Origin: an uncultured Chloroflexia bacterium
GTDB lineage: Bacteria > Chloroflexota > Limnocylindria > Limnocylindrales > CSP1-4
NCBI GenBank assembly: GCA_963746845.1
Contig: CAVVCZ010000001.1
Coordinates: 288,001 to 352,000, forward strand
Length of the DNA: 64,000 nt
Reading direction: 5' to 3'
A program made the position numbers and the translations under genes. This document shows, one piece after another, positions 57,850-64,000 of this stretch. A model generated the notes under the pieces. That model was not told the origin of the DNA and made no database searches. It worked only from the letters and a program-made list of their open reading frames with translations. Position 1 is the first letter of the stretch. Every line of letters starts with the position of its first letter.

Positions 57850-58916
57850 CCACGACCGCGGCGGCCACCTACCCGGACGCGGCCAACCTGTGGTCGTCAG
57901 CCGACCGCGCGCTCGAGATGGCCCGTGTCGTGCTCGGCTCGGCCGACGCGCCCGTCGGCCTGACGCCGAAGGAGCTCATCTGGCGCAAGAACAAGGCGCG
58001 ACTCTACCGCTACGTCCGATCCGAGCCGGCCGCTCACCGGACGCCGATCTTCCTCGTGCTGCCGCTCATCAACCGTGCCTACATCCTGGATCTGCGGCCG
58101 GGAGCGAGCTTCGTCGAGTATCTCCTCGGCGAGGGCTTCGACGTCTTCCTGATCGACTGGGGGACACCCGGGGACGAGGATCGGGCCCTCGACGTCACGA
58201 CCCTCGTGACGCGCTACCTGCCGCGTGCCGCGAAGGCGATTCAGCGAGCCACCGGGGCAGAGCAGATCACGGTGCTCGGCTACTGCATCGGCGGCGCTCT
58301 CGCGACGTGCTTCGCGGCCCTCCATCCGGAAGTCGCACGGAACCTCGTCCTCCTGACGGCTCCGCTCGATTTCGCCGACGCGGGTCAGTTCGGTCGGATG
58401 ACGGCGCGTGGCGTCTTCCCCATCGATCTGCTGACGGACACGTATCCGACGATCCCCGGGCAGATGCCGGATGTCGGCTCGAAGCTCCTCAACCCGATGG
58501 CCAACTACGTGGGCACCTATCGCAACCTGTGGCAGAAGTTGGGTGATCCTGCCTTCGATGTCACCGCCTGGCAGGCGATGTACCGGTGGGTCAACGACAG
58601 CGTCCCATTCGCCGGCGCGGCATTCCGCCAGTGGATCGTCGAGTTCTACCAGGAGAACCGGCTGACCCGGGACATGCTCGAGATGGACGGCCGGCCCGTT
58701 CGTCTGGCCGACATCCGGTGTCCGGTCCTCAACATCGCCGCGAGTCGGGATCAGATCGCGCCGCGGCCCACGACGAGCGTCGTCAACGGACGCGTCGGAA
58801 GCGAGGACGCGTCCGAGATCCTCATCGAAGGCGGCCATGTCGGCATCGTCGTCGGCCGCTCGGCCAGCCAGAACCTGTGGCCAAAGGTGGGCGCCTGGCT
58901 CAGCGCCCACGACTGA
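57846..58916 (+). CDS. phaC: PHA synthase catalytic subunit (class III/IV size)
   Basis: GLTPKELIW, LINRAYILDL, LIDWG, GYCIGG lipase box, RDQIAP, GGHVG; 356 aa. Confidence 0.92.
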   Translation: MTTTAAATYPDAANLWSSADRALEMARVVLGSADAPVGLTPKELIWRKNKARLYRYVRSEPAAHRTPIFLVLPLINRAYILDLRPGASFVEYLLGEGFDVFLIDWGTPGDEDRALDVTTLVTRYLPRAAKAIQRATGAEQITVLGYCIGGALATCFAALHPEVARNLVLLTAPLDFADAGQFGRMTARGVFPIDLLTDTYPTIPGQMPDVGSKLLNPMANYVGTYRNLWQKLGDPAFDVTAWQAMYRWVNDSVPFAGAAFRQWIVEFYQENRLTRDMLEMDGRPVRLADIRCPVLNIAASRDQIAPRPTTSVVNGRVGSEDASEILIEGGHVGIVVGRSASQNLWPKVGAWLSAHD

Positions 58917-58942
58917 TCCGACCCGGAGTCGGCGATCCGCGG

Positions 58943-59956
58943 TCAGCCCCCCGGGGAGACCCACGATCGAAGCGTTCTCATGTAGTTGGCGCGCTCGAAC
59001 GCTGACGGGTCCTCGGTGGTGGCCTGGCTCGCGCTTCCCTTGAGCTGGTCAACCGATTCGTACTCATGCTCGATCAACCACGTCCGCATCTCCGCCTCCA
59101 CGGTGGCGACATGCTCGGCGCCGTGTCGAAGCAGGGCTGACGTCATCATCACCACATCCGCGCCGACCATCAGGCCCTTGACCGCGTCCGTCCCGGTCTG
59201 CACGCCGGAGGTTGCCGCCAGGGACACGCCGGGGCCGAGCTGCGGTCGCAGGATCGCGATCCAGCGGACCGGCAGTCGCATCTCCCAGGGCTGGCTCAGG
59301 TCGAGTCGCGGGACGACCTCCATCGTCTCCAGGTCGAGATCGGGCTGGTAGAAGCGATTGAACAGGACGAGGCCATCCGCGCCGGCATCGACGGCCGAAG
59401 CGGCGAAGTTGGCGAACGCCGAGTAGTACGGGCTCAGCTTGACGGCCAGCGGGATCGCCACCGAGTTGCGGACAGCGGCGATCAGCTCCAGGTCGGCAGC
59501 TTCCATGTCGGCCGCGGTCCGCGTCGGATCGGCGGCGAGATGGTAGAGGTTCAACTCGAGCGCGTCGGCTCCCGCCTCCTCGATCCGCCGTGCGTACGTG
59601 ACCCAACCGCCGGCGGAGCTGGCGTTCAGGCTGGCGATGATCGGCACCGCGATCCTGCGCTTGACCACTTCGAGCGATGCGAGGTAGCGATCCGCCGCGC
59701 CGACGAACCCCTCGACAGCGGGAAAGTAGTCGAGCGCCTCGGCGAAATGCTCGGTGCCCTGCTCCAGCGAGCGGTTGAGCTCGATCTCCTCCGCCACGAT
59801 CTCCTCCTCGAAGAGCGACGGGAGGACGATCGCGCCCGCCCCGGCGCGCTCCAGGAGCGCCGCCATGGCCGGCTCCCCATTGTGCGGAGCTGCCGAGGCG
59901 ACGATGGGCGAGCGGAGCTCGAGACCGAGGTAGTGGGCGCGCAGATCGACGCTCAC
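58943..59956 (-). CDS. Dihydroorotate dehydrogenase-like flavoprotein (PFOR-associated)
   Basis: YLGLELRSPIVASA, LPSLFEEEI, ELNLY, VKLSPY, LFNRFYQPD, FERANY. Confidence 0.88.
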   Translation of the reverse strand: MSVDLRAHYLGLELRSPIVASAAPHNGEPAMAALLERAGAGAIVLPSLFEEEIVAEEIELNRSLEQGTEHFAEALDYFPAVEGFVGAADRYLASLEVVKRRIAVPIIASLNASSAGGWVTYARRIEEAGADALELNLYHLAADPTRTAADMEAADLELIAAVRNSVAIPLAVKLSPYYSAFANFAASAVDAGADGLVLFNRFYQPDLDLETMEVVPRLDLSQPWEMRLPVRWIAILRPQLGPGVSLAATSGVQTGTDAVKGLMVGADVVMMTSALLRHGAEHVATVEAEMRTWLIEHEYESVDQLKGSASQATTEDPSAFERANYMRTLRSWVSPGG

Positions 59957-62900
59957 GCCGGATCCTCCTCGCCCTCATCTCGGTAGCCCGCGTCGCTCTC
60001 TACCTCGGGCACGATGTCCGGGTCCGGTCGATGCACGTGCGGAACGGTGCGTTCGACACCCGCGAGCTGCTCGTAGTAGCGCCAGCGTTCGTCGGCGTCG
60101 GCCTGGGCGAGGACCGCGAGCTCGGCAGCTCGATCGGGATGCGTCCGCTGGAGGATCGCGAAGCGCGTCTCGGTCGCGACGAAGGAGGCGATCGGGATCG
60201 ATGGGGCGGAGGAGTCCAGCTTGAAGGGCTTGCCCCCTTCGATCTCGGACGGGTGGAAGCGGTACAGCGGCCAGTAGCCGCTCTTGACCGCCTCCTTCTG
60301 GTGGGTCATCGACTTGCTCATGTCGATCCCGTGGGCGATGCACGTGCTGTAGGCGATGACGAGCGACGGACCCGGCCAGGCATCGGCCTCGAGCAGGGCC
60401 TTGGTGGTCTGCTGATCGTTCGCGCCCATCGAGACCTGGGCGACGTAGACGTTGCCATACGAGCGGGCGATCGCTCCGAGGTCCTTCTTGGCCGTTCCCT
60501 TGCCTGCAGCGGCGAACTTCGCCACGGCGCCGCGCGGCGTCGCCTTCGAGGACTGGCCACCGGTGTTGGAATAGACCTCGGTGTCGAGGACGAGGATGTT
60601 GACGTTCCGACCGGATGACAGGACCTGGTCGAGGCCCCCGAACCCGATGTCGTAGGCCCAGCCGTCCCCGCCGATGATCCAGATGCCCTTGCGGACGAGA
60701 TCGCCGGCGAGGGCGAGCAGGTGTCGGGCATCGGAGGCGCGTGGCCCCTCGACGTGGGCGAGTGCGTCGCGGAGACGGCCGACCCGCTCTCGCTGGAGCC
60801 CGATCTCGACCTCGCTGTCCTGGACGGCTCCGAGGAGCCCGCCGACGAGGTCGGTACCAACCTCGGGTGCGAGGCGCTCGAGAAGCCGTCGGGCGTGATC
60901 GGTCAGGGCGTCGACCGCGAGGCGCATCCCGAGGCCGAATTCCGCGTTGTCCTCGAACAGCGAGTTGCTCCACGCCGGTCCACGGCCGGTGGCGTTGACC
61001 GTCCAGGGCGTGGTCGGCAGGTTGGCGCCGTAGATCGACGAGCAGCCGGTCGCGTTGGCCACGATCATCCGATCGCCGAAGAGCTGGCTCACGAGCCTGA
61101 TGTACGGCGTCTCCCCGCAGCCTCCGCACGCGCCCGAGAACTCGAAGAGTGGTTCCAGGACCTGGCTGCCCTTGACCGTATCGTGCGCGATCAGGCTTCG
61201 ATCGAGCGGGGTGATGGACTGGAAGAAGTCCCAGCGCGGTCGCTCGATGTCGCGGTGTTCGGCGACGGGCTCCATGTTGATCGCCTTGTGGCTCGTATCG
61301 GTCTTGCTCTTCGCGGGGCAGACATCGACACAGACCCCGCAGCCGGTGCAGTCGTCGGGCGCGACCTGGATGGTGAGCCGGTGGTCAGGCAGGTCCCGGG
61401 AGCGGAACTCCTTGTGCAGGAAATCGGCGGGAGCGGTCTCGACCGCGGACGATGGGAACACCTTCATCCGGATCGTCGCGTGCGGGCAGACCATCGCGCA
61501 CTTGCCGCAGTCGATGCAGATCGCGGGATCCCAGATCGGGATCGTCTGGGCAATCGCCCGCTTCTCGTATTTCGCGGTCCCGGTCGGGAAGGTGCCGTCG
61601 ACCGGCAGGGCGCTGACCGGCAGCATGTCGCCGTCACCGGCCATCAGCCGGGCGGTGATTCTGGCGACGAAGTCGGGCACGTCGTCGGGCACCGGCGGGG
61701 TCGTCGGGCGGCTGTTGGTGACGCGGCCGAGCGGGACATGGGCGAGACGCCCGAGCGAGCGGTCGATCGCGGCAAAGTTGCGGGTCACGATGGCTTCGCC
61801 GCGCTTCGCGTACGTCTTCTCGACGAAGGCCTTGATTCGGCTGATCGCTTCGTCCGCGGGCAGGATGCCGGCGAGCTGGAAGAAGCACGGCTGCATGACC
61901 GTGTTGATCCGGCTGCCCATCCCCGCCTCGTCGGCGACCGCGACCGCATCGATCACCCAGAAGTCGATCTCCTTGTCGAGGAGCAGCTTCTGCATGCCCC
62001 CGGGCAGGTGGTCCCAGACCTCGTCGGGACCGTACGGGGCGTTGAGCAGGAACGTCGCCCCGTGCCTGGCGTGCTCGAGCACCTTCGTCTTGCCGAGCAG
62101 CCCGAACTGGTGGCAGGCGACGAAGTCGGCCTCCTCGATGAGATAGGTCGATCGGATCGGCTCGGGGCCGAAGCGCAGGTGCGACACGGTGACCGAGCCC
62201 GACTTCTTGGAGTCGTAGACGAAGTAGCCCTGGGCGAACAGATCGGTGCTCTCGCCGATGATCTTGATCGACGCCTTGTTCGCACCGACCGTACCGTCCG
62301 AGCCGAGCCCGAAGAAGACTGCCTGCACTTCACCCGCCGGACGCGGGTGCCGGAACTCGCCGTCGATCGGCAGGCTGAGATGCGTCACATCGTCGTAGAT
62401 CCCGACCGTGAAATGCCGTTTCGGGCGCGTCGCAGCGAGCTCATCGAAGATCGGCTTGATCATCGCGGGCGTCATCTCCTTGGATGACAGCCCGTAGCGT
62501 CCGCCGATGACCCGCGGCGCCGTCGCGAACGGCGGAGCGTCGCCGTCCATCTCCTCGGCAAGGCCCGCGACGACCTCCAGGTAGAGCGGCTCGCCGACGG
62601 CGCCCGGCTCCTTGGTCCGGTCGAGGACGGCGATCGCCCGGACCGTCGAGGGCAGGGCGGCCACGAGCTGCGCTGCCGGGAACGGCTGGAACAAGCGGAT
62701 CCGGAGCATCCCGACCTTCTCGCCCGCGGTGACGAGCGCATCGACGGTCTCTTCGACCGCACCGCTGGCCGAGCCCATCACGATGACGACGCGGTCGGCG
62801 TCCGGGGCGCCGTGATAATCCACCAGCCCGTACTGCCGGCCGGTCCGGGCTGCGAGCTCGTCCATGACCTCCTGGACGATCCCGGGCGCCGCGAGATGGA

Positions 62901-63603
62901 ACGGGTTCGCCGCCTCGCGAGCCTGGAAGAAGACGTCGGGGTTCTGGGCCGTCCCCCGAACGACGGGAGCATCGGGGGTCAGGCCGCGACTGCGGAAGGC
63001 CAGCACGTCGTCGTCGCGCACCAACGACCGGATGTCGTCCTCTTCGAGCACCGCGATCTTGTTGATCTCGTGCGACGTGCGGAAACCGTCGAAGAAGTGG
63101 AGGAACGGGATCCGGGTTCGGAGCGTCGCCGCGTGGGCAACGAGCGCGAAGTCGTGCGCCTCCTGGACCGAGCCCGACGCGAGCATCGCCCAGCCGGTCG
63201 TGCGCGCGTGCATCACATCGCTGTGGTCGCCGAAGATCGAGAGGGCGTGGGTCGCCACGGTCCGCGCGGCGACATGGATCACCGTTGGCGTCAGCTCGCC
63301 GGCGATCTTGAACATGTTGGGGATCATCAGGAGGAGGCCCTGCGACGCGGTGAACGTCGTCCCGAGCGCGCCGTTCTGCAGGGCGCCGTGGAGGGCCCCT
63401 GCCGCGCCGGCCTCGGACTGCATCTCGACGACATCCGGAACCTTGCCCCAGAAATTCGGCCGGCCGGCTGCCGCCCAATCGTCGCAGTGCTCGGCCATCG
63501 GCGAGGCCGGGGTGATCGGGTAGATCGCGATCACTTCGGACAGGGCGTACGCGACCTGTGCGGCCGCCTCGTTGCCGTCGAGGCACTCGTGACGATGGGC
63601 CAT
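59953..63603 (-). CDS. nifJ: Pyruvate:ferredoxin (flavodoxin) oxidoreductase
   Basis: DGNEAAA, YPITPASPMAE, EMQSEAGAAG, CIDCGKC and CTGCGVCVDVCP Fe-S motifs, GGDGWAYDIG; start re-called to ATG 63603. Confidence 0.95.
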   Translation of the reverse strand: MAHRHECLDGNEAAAQVAYALSEVIAIYPITPASPMAEHCDDWAAAGRPNFWGKVPDVVEMQSEAGAAGALHGALQNGALGTTFTASQGLLLMIPNMFKIAGELTPTVIHVAARTVATHALSIFGDHSDVMHARTTGWAMLASGSVQEAHDFALVAHAATLRTRIPFLHFFDGFRTSHEINKIAVLEEDDIRSLVRDDDVLAFRSRGLTPDAPVVRGTAQNPDVFFQAREAANPFHLAAPGIVQEVMDELAARTGRQYGLVDYHGAPDADRVVIVMGSASGAVEETVDALVTAGEKVGMLRIRLFQPFPAAQLVAALPSTVRAIAVLDRTKEPGAVGEPLYLEVVAGLAEEMDGDAPPFATAPRVIGGRYGLSSKEMTPAMIKPIFDELAATRPKRHFTVGIYDDVTHLSLPIDGEFRHPRPAGEVQAVFFGLGSDGTVGANKASIKIIGESTDLFAQGYFVYDSKKSGSVTVSHLRFGPEPIRSTYLIEEADFVACHQFGLLGKTKVLEHARHGATFLLNAPYGPDEVWDHLPGGMQKLLLDKEIDFWVIDAVAVADEAGMGSRINTVMQPCFFQLAGILPADEAISRIKAFVEKTYAKRGEAIVTRNFAAIDRSLGRLAHVPLGRVTNSRPTTPPVPDDVPDFVARITARLMAGDGDMLPVSALPVDGTFPTGTAKYEKRAIAQTIPIWDPAICIDCGKCAMVCPHATIRMKVFPSSAVETAPADFLHKEFRSRDLPDHRLTIQVAPDDCTGCGVCVDVCPAKSKTDTSHKAINMEPVAEHRDIERPRWDFFQSITPLDRSLIAHDTVKGSQVLEPLFEFSGACGGCGETPYIRLVSQLFGDRMIVANATGCSSIYGANLPTTPWTVNATGRGPAWSNSLFEDNAEFGLGMRLAVDALTDHARRLLERLAPEVGTDLVGGLLGAVQDSEVEIGLQRERVGRLRDALAHVEGPRASDARHLLALAGDLVRKGIWIIGGDGWAYDIGFGGLDQVLSSGRNVNILVLDTEVYSNTGGQSSKATPRGAVAKFAAAGKGTAKKDLGAIARSYGNVYVAQVSMGANDQQTTKALLEADAWPGPSLVIAYSTCIAHGIDMSKSMTHQKEAVKSGYWPLYRFHPSEIEGGKPFKLDSSAPSIPIASFVATETRFAILQRTHPDRAAELAVLAQADADERWRYYEQLAGVERTVPHVHRPDPDIVPEVESDAGYRDEGEEDPA

Positions 63604-63890
63604 GACCGAAGGCTCCCTTCGAGGTCTGCCGGGACGCGTCGTGAGCGGGCACCAGGTGGGATCGGACCCGGAGACACGAGTATGCCTCGCCCAGGGAGAT
63701 CGGCTGGCAGGCCATTGGGCGCCTTCTCGGGGGCCGTTCAGCTGGGACGACGGTGGCGAAGGCCCGGCTGTGACCAATGGACGGCGTCGACGGGCCATTC
63801 GGCCGACGCGACGTGGATCGGTTCCGCCGACTATCGGGCCGACGGGCGCCGATGGCGCGTCAGGAACGGGGAGAACGACGAGGACTGATC

Positions 63891-64000
63891 ATGAGCGGCC
63901 AACCGACGGAGACCTCCTGGCAGCTGCGCTTCGATCGCCTCGCGGTTGCCGACGTCATGACGATGGACCCGGTCACCGTCGGCGTCGACGCCACCATCGA
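63891..64000 (+). CDS. CBS domain protein, 5' part (truncated by the window edge)
   Basis: GAGG RBS; MSGQ...LAVADVMTMDPVTVGVDATI resembles the CBS protein at 51997. Confidence 0.65.
   Translation, partial: MSGQPTETSWQLRFDRLAVADVMTMDPVTVGVDATI

Noticed and set aside
58943-63603. PFOR plus DHOD-like gene pair as a novel system
   Set aside because: This pairing is common in many bacteria; only its PHA context is noted.

Overview
A very GC-rich bacterial chromosomal segment. Gene content and style suggest a Chloroflexota- or Actinomycetota-like lineage (inference only). I found no rRNA, tRNA, CRISPR array, transposase or phage genes. From left to right the window holds: (1) a liv-type branched-chain amino acid ABC operon whose LivG ATPase carries an unusual hydrophobic two-helix insert; (2) a plus-strand run of a degenerate GNAT, an NYN/LabA nuclease with a ~480-aa RGG/acidic/Lys-Ala disordered tail, holB, acylphosphatase, small hypotheticals (one PD-(D/E)xK-like), a thioesterase, an amidohydrolase, a class III aminotransferase and a PPOX protein; (3) a MocR regulator fused to a frameshifted gamma-glutamylcyclotransferase domain; (4) a gene with a structured ~150-nt 5' leader, a tandem-duplicated AI-2E transporter, and a rhodanese preceded by a Cys-rich leader peptide plus terminator (candidate cysteine attenuator); (5) a ~3340-aa subtilase-adhesin with near-identical 738-bp and 945-bp internal repeats and a sortase-like tail; (6) a DUF2252/DUF1269/SHOCT/MalT-like/MFS/TMEM175 cluster with three copies of a TCCTCC-N5-GGAGGA palindrome; (7) a Bacillus-style PHA locus (phaA, phaB, phaP, phaQ, phaR/E, phaC) flanked by malic enzyme, PFOR and CBS proteins. 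Family assignments come from motif recognition by eye, not database searches. Several start codons were re-called from the ORF track.
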